From: Phaeosaccion multiseriatum
Lineage: Eukaryota; Protista; Ochrophyta, other classes
Assembly (NCBI GenBank): GCA_965112735.1
Contig: OZ218951.1
Coordinates: forward strand, 5,270,001 to 5,334,000
Length of the DNA: 64,000 bases
Direction of reading: 5' to 3'
Shown here piece after piece: positions 39,255 to 49,651 of this stretch (position 1 is the first letter of the stretch; each line of letters starts with the position of its first letter). A program made the translations under genes and the position numbers. Under the pieces are notes generated by a model. That model had not been told where the DNA came from. It was given only the letters and a program-made list of their open reading frames with translations, and made no database searches.

Positions 39255-40580
39255 ATGCCCGCAGAGAAAGTCAGCCTGTCGGAGGAAGAATCCACGAGGC
39301 TATGGTACGATGACCTTGGTCTCGCGGTGGGGGCCAGCGAGGATGCCATCAAGGCAGCCTACAAGAAGCTGGCGCTCAAGTATCACCCGGACAAGAACAG
39401 AGGGGGCGGGGGGGCGGATGGAGAGGCCAAGGCAGCGGCAGCGGCCAAAATGTTTATGAAAGTTAGCGAGGCGAGCACATTTCTGCTGGAGGAGAGGGAG
39501 AAGAGAAAGCTGTACGACGAGAAGCTGCTGCAGAAGGTCAAGGCAGCAAGGCAGGCGGAGGAGCGCTTCAAAGGGATGAATGCGCAGCGGCGGACGTTCC
39601 GAGAGCAGTTCCAGGCGAGAGAGAAGGCGGCAGAGGAGGCCAAGCAGGCCGGTGGGCGCGGGACTGCAGCAGGGCCCGGGTCGGAGGAGGCAAAGAGGGC
39701 GGCGAGGCAGGCGGACATTGATCGACTAAAGAGGGAGAGTCGCGGCTTGAAGGAGCAGCACGCCATGGCTCAGCAGAGGAAGGAGAGCGACATGGACACA
39801 GTGAGGGATGCGGCAAAGAAGCGCAAGTTGCAGGACGACAGCGTGGCTGCACGGGAAGCGTTGGACGAGCGGCAAATCAGACTGAAATGGAGCAGAAAGA
39901 AACTCTTAAAGAGTACGGGAGGAGGGAGCAGCGGCGGCGTGAGCAGTCACTCGGAGGACTCCTTGGCGCGTCTGTTTGGTCGCTTCGGCACCGTAGAGTC
40001 CGTGAGCCTCTTGTCCGAAGGCAACAAGGCCTTGCTCACCTTTGTCTCTCCGTCGGTGGTGGCCGCAGCCGTACATGCATATTCCCGAGGGGACGAAATG
40101 CGAGCCACGCTTGTGGGTGCGCGAAAGAAACGCGCCAAACTAGAAGAGGACGAGGAGCAGGCTCGAGCGGCAGCTGCGGCGGCAGGACAGGTGCCTGAGC
40201 CGCGAAGGTTTAGTCTGCGAGACCTGGAGGACCTAGAGACTATGAAGGTTCGTAGGGAGGAGGAGAGGCGGCGCCTTATCCAAGAGATGGAGGCGGGGGA
40301 GGGCGGTGGTGTATCGGAGGGGAAACCAAAGTCTGGCGAGCGAGACACGAGCGGTGGTGAAGGGAAAGAGCCACCACAACACCAACATCAGCCAAAGCAA
40401 CAACACCAACAACAACAAAAGCAACAAGAACCGCCGCCGCCGCCAACGACGCAAGAGCAGGCTTCCCCTGCTCCTGCTGCTGCTACCGAATCTGCCCCTG
40501 CCGCTGCTGTATCATCAAATGCTGCCTTTGTGCCAGAGGAGAGCGAGGCGGATATTTTGGCGAAAATGATGGCGTTCTAA
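39255..40580 (+). CDS. DNAJC17: DnaJ subfamily C member 17 / Cwc23-like (J domain + RRM), intronless
   Basis: WYDDLGL..IKAAYKKLALKYHPDKN; MNAQRRTFREQFQAREK; IRLKWSR..SEDSLARLFGRFGTVESV..KALLTF (RRM); EADILAKM terminus. Confidence 0.9.
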   Translation: MPAEKVSLSEEESTRLWYDDLGLAVGASEDAIKAAYKKLALKYHPDKNRGGGGADGEAKAAAAAKMFMKVSEASTFLLEEREKRKLYDEKLLQKVKAARQAEERFKGMNAQRRTFREQFQAREKAAEEAKQAGGRGTAAGPGSEEAKRAARQADIDRLKRESRGLKEQHAMAQQRKESDMDTVRDAAKKRKLQDDSVAAREALDERQIRLKWSRKKLLKSTGGGSSGGVSSHSEDSLARLFGRFGTVESVSLLSEGNKALLTFVSPSVVAAAVHAYSRGDEMRATLVGARKKRAKLEEDEEQARAAAAAAGQVPEPRRFSLRDLEDLETMKVRREEERRRLIQEMEAGEGGGVSEGKPKSGERDTSGGEGKEPPQHQHQPKQQHQQQQKQQEPPPPPTTQEQASPAPAAATESAPAAAVSSNAAFVPEESEADILAKMMAF

Positions 40581-41292
40581 CCATGTGGCGCAGCATTGTT
40601 TTAATTTTAATATACATGCTGTATTTTTTTTTATTAAAAGTCTAATTCCCTTGTAAACAGCTGGCCGCCACGCTTTTCTCTATACTGTATTGCGGCTCCT
40701 ATTACTCATCGTAAGCTTACATAAGAAAAATACTGAAAGAGTTGCTACTCCGTCGCCGCCCTATACCCTCTATGGACGTGCAGAATAATAATATAAGAGA
40801 GAGCACGGTTTGCGTTTCTCCCTGTCCCGAGCCGATCGGGGGCAGTGTGTGACACGATTCGCTTGCCTTCCCTTTCCTCGCACAAAGCCCGCAACCGATA
40901 CTTCAGAAGGCGCATCATGCCCAACCAATTCACAAGTGTAGGAACCCCCGCCGCCGACAATGAACGGAGATTCGTCGCCTCACACCTTTGATTCGACTGA
41001 GCTCAGCCGTCTCAGCCTCAGGGCTGACACGCGTATTTTCCCACCCCTCGCTGCAGCCGCCATCTCCCCCCCCCCCTGCTGCCAGCATAGTAAGCTCCAC
41101 ACGGGCCCAGACAGAGAGAAGGAGAGAGAGAGAGAGTGGGTGGTGTGTGTGCTGGACATTCACCTCCCCTCCCTCCCGGCTCCTCCTCGCTCCGTGCCAA
41201 TCGATGTCCTCAGCGCTCCGTGCGTCAATGTCTTGTCCCCCTACCACCCCACCACGCCCTCCCCACTGATAGCTAGTACAATTTGAAGGTGC

Positions 41293-42627
41293 CTACCGCT
41301 TGCGCTTGATGGCCTTCTCAATCTCGGTGTACTCCTGCAACAGACGCTTCTTCCTCTTCTCCGGCACAGGGAATTTGTTGCCGTACGAGGCGTAGTGGCC
41401 CGCCAGCACGTTGATGGAGGTGTAGAGGTTGGAGTAGGAAAGCTTGCCCGAGATGTTGGGGAAGCGGCGGTAGTAAGACACAAAGTCGATCATCTCTTTC
41501 CGGCAGTTGGTGCCTGCCTTCTCGAGGTTAGCGTTGCCCTTCTCGAGAGCTGTGCAGTACTTCATGTGCGACACCATTCGCCCAGCATCTACGTAGTACT
41601 CCTATTGTGATGTGGGGTGGGGTGGGGCAAAGGTGGATTGACGGAAACGAGAAAAGAATAGAGTAAGGTCGAGAGAGGGGAAAGGGGGGGCGGTAGAGGT
41701 GAGATTGGGCGACAGGAAAGAACCAATGAGGGGGTTAGCATTATTTCTTTCATTCTGGATTGATTGTCTCCTCTGTCCTGCTGCGTTTGCCACTACACAC
41801 ATCGAAGAGAGAAAGCGCCTTGCGAGCCCCCTTCATTCCAAAGGACAATTGCAGCCCTCATCAGTTCAGTTCATCACCCCCCTCTTTCCAACTGCACTGC
41901 CTCCTCCCGATGGCGCACAAGATCCTCCCTCCTCACTCACCCTTGTAACTCCCCAGTCCGTAGGGAACGGCCCCAGGTCTGCTGGTGCTGGTGCCGCGGC
42001 GGGTGGCGCTACGGCTGCTGGTGCTGCCTCATCGGCAAAGGCGGCGCCGGCGATGCCCACAATGGAGGCAGTGCCTACGCCGAAGGCGCTGATGGCGGCC
42101 CGTCGAGACAGGGGCTCCTGAAGGACGGGAGATGGCGTGGGAGGACAGAGTTGGGATTCAGGACATGAAGGGGGGGGGGAGGAGGAATGTTCGTGGTTCG
42201 CCCATCGTCCTCTCAATGGAAGGGCAGGCGCTCGTCCAGGCGCGCCACCAGAGATTGCAAAGTGCTAAATACCTCCCACCGTCGTTCCCGAAACCTCATT
42301 ATGCTCGGTCGCAAACGCTCGCCCCCGTCTCCACTAAGACAGGGTTCAGCAGGGTCGAACTGTCATGTAGGAGCGTAACTGACCCGCCTAAGCTACACAC
42401 TGCCTGCAAAGCGGAGTGGATGCTCCATTCATCCCCCACCGACTCGAGCTGTCTCCCAGGCAGCTTTCAAGTCCCTTTATTGCATGCCACCTCCTTGCAC
42501 TTACCGCTCCGTCCTGCTTCATCTGGAGAGCAGATTTGCTTTGAGCAGCCGCTGGCACAAGACTAAGCGGCTGGAACGCCACCGCACTCCCCAGCACGGC
42601 AGCGAGGCAAAGAGAGGTAGTCTTCAT
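41293..42627 (-). CDS. psb27: Photosystem II assembly factor Psb27; 3 exons (42627-42505, 42117-41941, 41601-41293)
   Basis: Signal peptide plus AVA-FQP (ASAFAP-type) plastid motif, then a twin-Arg lumen signal LSRRAA..AAFA. Mature region: FVSYYRR..SYSNLYTSINVLAGHYASYGNKFPVPEKRKKRL. Confidence 0.93.
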
Positions 42628-43317
42628 CGTGTGTATCTCTTGTGTGTAAGCGTCTTTTGGTGTATGATAAAGCCTTCCTTTGTGGAGTCACAGCGATCTG
42701 ACGATTTTGGGCCCGATTTTGCCAAAGTAGAGTTCGAGAGGAACCCGGGGGGGAGGCACGATTTTTCATTTTTCCTTTCCATTTTTCCATTTTCATTTTT
42801 CCCAGCTGCTTTGCCAAGATTTATATATCAAAAGAAAGATAAGGAGTGAGACGTCCCCTCTCCCCCATTGCCGATACTATCTCTGCGACAGCAGGTAAGG
42901 CTCGCCCGTCCCTCGAGGAGGAGGGTTGTCTTGAGAAGCCAGGGCGGCTGTTTCCCCTCGCCTTGTTGATGCCCACCGCGAAGGGGCCGGTCCGCCCCCT
43001 GTTCTCTGCTCCGCTCCACCCCGTACACTGCGCTTTGAGGATCAAAAGGCTCTTCCTGACTGACCATTGCTTCCTACTCCCATTCTGCACTGGCAGAGTT
43101 GCGGAACGCGCAGCCAAACGCGTGTAGAGGAGGAAGTTCGGGCCAAAATGTTCCACGTTTGAACTTTCTCAATCCTAGCTGCTGCGACTCTCTACTGTAC
43201 GATGTAGCTGACCCACCTTTCCTTAATCCTATCGTTCACCTGCCTCACCCTGCCTACGTGCAGCAGTATTCTCACTTAGGCTTGGGAGGAGGAAAAGCTC
43301 ATCTAAGGGGGGTATCT

Positions 43318-44870
43318 ATGTCTGGCCAAGGTACGATCATGTTGTGGGGGGGGGGGGGGGGCGTGTGAACAGGACTGCAGTGCCTGGGGAGACGCTGTCG
43401 AGTGCTACAGAGTGGATGTTTTCATCTGGACTGGACGGGGTGACGGATATGGCACAAGCCGGGCTGGCTGGTCCATTCTGAGCCGACCTCCGGCTTGCGC
43501 CTGGAAGAGTATCGACATGTGGGATCACCGCCGCGGGAGGCGAAGGAATGGACTAGGCAGCGCTCTGCTCTCCTCTTGTTACTTTCTCTGCATTGAACGG
43601 CCAGAAGCACGTACGCACGCAAGTGCGCTTTCTTCTGCCTATGTAGCCTAAGCTCACCGTAGTCAAACGAACACAAAACCCTTCGCTCCCTCCCTCCCTC
43701 CCCCCCACCCGCCCTCCCTTCTTCCCTCACTTACTCCCTCCCTCCCTCCCTTCCTCCCTCCCCCCCACCCTCCCTCACTTCCTCCCTCCCTCCCTCCCTC
43801 CCTCCCTCCCTTCCTCCGCCGTTTTAGGGGGCGACGGTGGGGATGGCATCCAGGACCGTGGCTTCCACCTCAATATCGGAGGCGGGGGCCGTCGCCGCCG
43901 CCGCCGCCGCCACGGTTTCGGGGGAGCCTTCGGAGGCTTCGGTCGGCCGCACACTACTGTAGTGCATCATAATGTGCACCACGGGGGACATCACGGCGGG
44001 CTGGGGGGTGGCATGGGCATGGGGCTGGGCGGCGCCTTGTTCGGAGGTGGACGGCCCTGCTACAGCAGACCTCGACCCACAGTGGTTCACCACAACGTGC
44101 ACCACAACACCCACCACGGGGGGATGGGAGGAGGCATCATGGGGGGGCTCATGGGGCTGCTGGGCGGGGCCGCGGCAGGGGCAGTGACGGGGAACATGGC
44201 CGCCAACCACTCGAATCAGCAGCATCATCAGCAGCAACAGCAGCTACAGCAACAGCAACACCAGCAGCCTGTGCAGTACGTACAAGCGCCTCCGCCGGTG
44301 CAGTACGTACAACAGGCGCCTCAGCCCGTCCAGTATGTCCAGCCACAGCAGCAATACGCTCAGGCCCAGCCTGCGCCGCAATACATACAGCAGCAGCAGC
44401 ACGCTCGTGTACCTGCGCAGGCTCACGCCGTCGCTGTTGCCACGGCTTCCGCGCCCCCTGCTCCCTATGGCAAGACGCCACCAGCAGCGACGCCCCCCCC
44501 GGCCGGGCCGCCTCCCTCGTACGCGATGAGCACGGCTGAGTGGGTGTGCACGAAGGATTGGGCGGACTACCACTCGCTCTTCAGCAAGTACATGCGGGGG
44601 AAGCCCGCCGATGCGAAGATGACCCCGGCCATTGCTAAGGATCTGTTGCTGGACGAGGCTGCAGGGAAAGTGAGCAGTCAGCAGCTGAGGGAGGTGTGGG
44701 AGCTTGTGGACATCAACCATGATGGGCTGCTGGAGGAGGACGAGGTGGCGATTGCGTTGTACTTGGTGCGTATGATTCTGAGGGGTGAGCCGCTCCCTGC
44801 GCAGTTGGCCCCCAATATGATTCCGCCCTCGCACGCGACTGCGCCACCTGCCACGGGCAACCCTTTTTGA
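43318..44870 (+). CDS. EH (Eps15-homology) domain protein with Gly/His-rich and glycine-zipper-like N-terminus and terminal NPF; 2 exons (43318-43330, 43828-44870)
   Basis: LREVWELVDINHDGLLEEDEVAIALYLV..GEPLPAQLAPNMIPPS is a typical EH domain, and the protein ends GNPF*. A phase-1 intron at 43331-43827 joins ATG 43318 in frame; this start is inferred. Confidence 0.82.
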
Positions 44871-44874
44871 TTTG

Positions 44875-45500
44875 AGAGAGAGGTGTGGGGAGTGAGAGAG
44901 GTGGAGAGGGAGAGAAGGTGAGAGAGGGAGAGACAAGAGAGAGACAATGACCGGAATACGGGAGAGAGGGTGAGAGAGAGAGGCGAGAGGGACAGAGATG
45001 AGAGAGGCAATGGATGGGTAACGGGAGAGGATGAGAGAGAGAGTTGATGAAGATACTCACAGAGAGAGAACGGAGAGAGATACGACGAAGAGCGAGAGAG
45101 CAACTGAGGCCTGTGCCACCTCCCACTGGCAGAGCCCTTTTTGATTTGAGAGAATTAGAGAGATGGAGAGGGAGGGAGAGATATGAGAGAGAGAAAGAGA
45201 AAGACAGGGACAGAGAGATCATATGCGAAGAGGGAGAGAGAGCGACTATGAAGGGGGATGGAGAAGTTGAGTGCGTGCCTCAAGGAAACGACTCTGGAGA
45301 GGTACGGAGAAGAGAGAGAGAGTGCCGGAAGAGAGAGAGATGGAAGAGCGTGAGAGAGGGACATGGAGAGAGACGGAGGAGAGAGAGAGAGTGTGCCTCG
45401 AGAGAGAGGCGGAAGAAGGAGAGAGTGCGTGTGGGGAGAAGAGAGGATGGAGAGAGAGAGAGAAGTAGCAGAGGGAAGACTCGAGAGAGAAGGGACTGGA
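44875..45500. repeat. Degenerate GA-rich tract containing a duplicated copy of the EH-gene stop region
   Basis: 44839-44879 is repeated at 45111-45153 within GA-rich sequence. Confidence 0.8.
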
Positions 45501-45789
45501 GAGACTGGGGAGGACGGACGGGCAAGACGAGCCACAGCCAAGCTCGGCAAGTCTTTGCTCGGTCTGTCCCCCCCCCCTTCCTTTTTCTCTTCGTCTTGTC
45601 CTTTCCTTTCCTCTCCTCTTAGGGCGCCCGTCCATTCGCGGCCTGGGAGAGCTTTGACGGGCGGGCGGGCCGGCGGGTGGGCGGCAGGGTGATTGCGGCG
45701 GTTATTTGCCGGTTGCGAAGGTGGGAAGTGTGGCTGACGGGCTGGCTGGGTGCGCTGTTCGACCTCGTCGGAACCGTAGATTATTCTTG

Positions 45790-45832
45790 ATTCATTTGAG
45801 TGAATTAATTTTTTGATGCCCGCTACGGGCAT
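45790..45832 (+). ncRNA. Possible 3' end of an Sm-class small RNA (hairpin - AATTTTTTG - hairpin)
   Basis: ATTCAT-TTGA-GTGAAT hairpin, Sm-like AATTTTTTG at 45807-45815, ATGCCCG-CTA-CGGGCAT hairpin. No U1/U2/U4/U5 5' signatures recognised. Confidence 0.25.
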
Positions 45833-46854
45833 ATAGGTAGGTAGAGAGAGAGAAGCATTTGATCTGAAATGCTGTGGGGAGGGAGGGAGAGAACGGGGCC
45901 TCGAAATGGGTCTCTGGCCAAGACAGTTGGTGCTACAGTTCCACCCTCACAGCCCGGGTGCTGTGGGAGTAGGTCCGCACATATTTGGCTCTCATGGAAG
46001 CCCTTGGAGAGCGACCGGGCTCCCGCTGCCGTGCAACTTTCTAAAGGCAGTATTAGTACTGTAGTAGGAGAGAGAAAAGAAACTAACTTAAAATGAAGCT
46101 ACATTAGCAAGGAGTGGTGATGGTCGATGAATTAACCAATCAAAGTGTGAGATTCATTCGTCGGGGGGAGGCTCCCGAAGCCCTGCGGCTAGGTCTGACG
46201 GTGAGGTGATACCTCCTGGATAGGCTTCACTCATGTCAAACCTCTCCTCCCTCCCCAATCCCACATACGTACATACGTAAGTACGTACGACACCAGATGT
46301 ATGCATACGTATGTGTGCTGAGGTCTGATCAGGCCCGTACGTACACTCCTCGGAAGGCTGTACCGCAAGCGAAAGGGAACTCCTCGAAGGATATACCTTA
46401 CGCTGGGCCCGCAAAGGAGTGTACGTAAGTGTTTACGTACGGGTCTGATTAGGACTGATCGGATCCCAATGACACGCACATACGCATACATACGTCATAT
46501 GGTCGTACTCCTTTGGGCCCAACAGTCATTTATTGGTTCTCCGCCCCACTCTAGCCTGAACTCCTGCTCTTGTCCGGAGTCAATGAAAATCATTCACTCA
46601 CGCCCCACAATCCATGACTCACGCGCTACGATCATCCATCCACTACCATCCACCCATCACTCACCCACGGGACACTCCCCGACCCTTCAACCTTGGGGCT
46701 CACCCACAGTGTTGGGCCAGCCGTGGCACCAGGCCTCTGATCTCCTTCGGGGGTGGGTTCTCAGTCCTCGCTTCGTTGGGGGTACACCCATCACTCACGC
46801 CCTCACTCACCAACGCCCCCCTTCCTTAATCCTCACTCCTTAATGGGGCTTCAC

Positions 46855-47656
46855 TCACTTGGGGGGCAGTTGGGGCAGGCGTTGAATCAGAAAGTCTTCC
46901 ACATCGGACATCTCCCTCACGCACGTGGAGTGAGCCATGTGAGGGTACGACTTGAACGTTACAGAAAGAGAGAGCTCTTGTAACCGCTTAGCGCTCAGCT
47001 CGCCCAGGGGCAAGGTCACGGTTCTGTCCGTTTGGCCGTGGCACAGGAGTATGGGGGTTTGCTTGTTGGCCTCGTGGACATTGACATTGTCACGCCTCAG
47101 TAGCCAACCTTTTTTTGAGTTGGGGCCAGCGAGGATGAGGGGGGGGGGGGAGGGCAGGGGGAGGGAACGTATCAGATTGTTACCAATCGCAGGGGGCGGG
47201 AAGAGCAGGGAAGAGGGGGAGAGGGGAGGAATAAGATCAGAGTCAAATAATAAATAACTATTTTTAAAAAATATAAAGAGAGGAGAGAGGATCGAGATGA
47301 AGATAAATGTAAGGTGTGTGGGGGGGGGGGGAGGGCGCGGCTCAGTACACAAGCATGCCCCCTCCCCCACCCATGCAGCAGCGCTTGCTCATTTCCCTCT
47401 GGACAAGAAAAGAGATCAAGATCACCAAATGAAGAGGGCTTCTGTGAGCATCGTGAGCATTAGCCCCCTCTTTTAAGCATTTGACATCGTTACTGACTTA
47501 CCGCTAAGACCGATGATGCCTGCGAGCGGTCGAGGGAAGGATAGGCCTGCAAGTAGCGCAATAGCCGAGCCCTGCACGCATGAACACCAACAGGGTTGAG
47601 GGGAAAATTAAGAGAAAGAGAGAAGAGAGAGAGAGAGAGGGAGAGAGAGAGAGGTC

Positions 47657-47691
<35 letters not shown>

Positions 47692-47811
47692 TCAAAGAGA
47701 GAGAGAGATCAAAGAGAGAGAGATGCCAGAGAGAGACAGAGAGAGAGGGAGAGAGAGGTAAGAGACAGACATCAGAGAGAGAGAGAGGGAGAGAGAGGTA
47801 AGAGAGAGACA

Positions 47812-47843
<32 letters not shown>

Positions 47844-49261
47844 GTCAGAGAGAGAGGTCAGAGAGAGACTGTCGCTCTGAAGGTGACACAAGGGCAAAGA
47901 GGACGGATAAAACGAGCGTGACACCGGGAGTGTTTTCTGTGCATAACTTCGTCGGCTGACACACACATCGACACTGACCTGACTAAACCCTCCGATGACA
48001 ATGCGAGAAGAGTCGATGCCTTGCTCTTCCATCTCCTTGATCAGGCTGCGATCGTGTTTGCGTGAAGAGTGCGTAGGGTAAGAGCGTGGTGGGCTACACT
48101 GTGCGTATGTGTGTAAGTATGCTGTCAACTCCGTGGGACTTGCGGATCACAGACCAGTACCATCACCACCCACCACCATATCCACCATTGGCTGCCATTC
48201 CCCCACTCACTCGTGCTCACAAAACCACCACTACCACCACCATCACCATCACCGCCATTGGCTACCATCCCCTCCCACTCACTTGTGCGCCACTGCTATG
48301 GAGTCGTCAACGCCCGCAGGGTCGTCCGGCTCCGTCTCTGTCACGGGAATATTCTGTGACCAGCGGAAAAGCATACGGGGGGGGGGGGGGGCGAGGGGGT
48401 AAATGGTGTGTTTGTGTGTGTCATGTGTGTGAGAGAATGCCACAGGCGGACCAAGCATTCACAAGCATGTTGTCCTCTCTCTCTCACTCTTGAGTGCCCA
48501 TCACCATCCTGTGGTGCCTGGACTGAACTTCACTTACCACCACGTCGAACCACGACGTCATTCGGCTGCCGCCGTTGCAAGTCACGGGCTGAACTGGCGC
48601 CGTGGGGAAGGCCCATTCGACCTGCTCGACAGGAGAGATGAGACGGGGATGGGGTGATGCGTGAGATGGCGTGGACGTTGCATAGGATGGACTTGCGTGA
48701 AGCAACCACTGTATTTAGTCGGGCGGATGCTTGCCCAACCACAGAAGCTACTCTCTTCCCTCTGTTGTTTTGTTGGCTTTCTACTCGGCTCTTTCGTTTC
48801 CACCACCCCCCCCCCTTTGCAGAACACACTTAGGTACTGACGTTGGGAAGGGACTTCTTAAAGTCGGCACAGATGGGTTTCCAGCTCCCGCCTTTGTCCC
48901 CAAGTCCATGCAAGAAAATCACAGCCCCGTTGTTGGTCTGAGAGGGGGGAGGTTGATTGACACAGTAGGGAGGCAGATGAGTGAGGCAGCTGCATTCGGG
49001 CGTTTGGTCCAAATGGGGCACAGCGGCAGTAGCGGGGTGGAGGGTGGAGGAGGGTGAGTCGCGATGAGCAAGGGAAGGGACCAGCAAGGAACCAGATCAG
49101 CCGTATCTCCACACAAACAAAAGGCTCACCATCGTAGTGCAAAGGCCGATGTCGCTTGCTCCTTCTCCTTCAGCACAGGATAGCGCGGCGAGGCAGAATA
49201 GAAACGAAAGGAATAAAGCAAGCGATCTGAGCGTCGGCAGTGGATGCTGCTCGTTCCGCAT
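46855..49261 (-). CDS. Acyl-protein thioesterase / lysophospholipase-like alpha/beta hydrolase; multi-exon
   Basis: AVIFLHGLGD, FPTAPVQPVTCNGGSRMTSWFD, GIDSSRIVIGGFSQ|GSAIAL (nucleophilic Ser), LAGIIGLSG, PILLCHGQTDRTV (Asp), YPHMAHS (His). Start codon is ambiguous (49261 or 49132). Confidence 0.92.
47610..47870. repeat. GA-rich intronic tract with internal higher-order repeats
   Basis: (GA)n punctuated by GGTCA, ATCA and GGTAA units. Confidence 0.9.
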
Positions 49262-49651
49262 AGAGAAGGGGAAGATTGCTGTGGAATGTGGGAGAATAGC
49301 AAGAAGGGCCTCCCGTAGGATGCCATCTTGACGTTTCAAAATCTCTTTCGTGATCATCCCCCTTTCGTCTTCCCTTTTGAAGGGCTAGAGACGTAGGCGA
49401 GAGCTCAGGGAAGTTATTAACAGTTCCTCATCCCTGTTCTTGTACAGGCTGTCCCACGGAACCGTCGACTTCGTCGCCCAAGAAGGGAAGAAGACGAAGA
49501 GAGGGAGGGAGGGGGAAATCTGGGATTTACTTTTTTGAAGAACAAGCAGGCATAGGGTTGGCTTTTTCGGCGAAAGACCCATGGTGGCCAGGACAGGGAG
49601 CTGATCTGAGTGCTCTGTCCAGCCTCAGAGAGCCGTCCCTGGCTGTTGGCC

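Noticed and set aside
40745-41286. Short ORFs between DNAJC17 and Psb27
   Set aside because: Probably overlapping 3' UTRs; no family similarity seen.
45790-45832. U5 or U4 snRNA
   Set aside because: An Sm-like site is present, but the invariant U5 loop I and the U4/U6 pairing regions are not seen; kept only as an unknown RNA candidate.
46205-46212. GGTGATAC matches at 46205 and 8997-9004 as copies of the 15-bp motif
   Set aside because: Only 8 bp match and the flanking CAG/GTT context is missing; compatible with chance.
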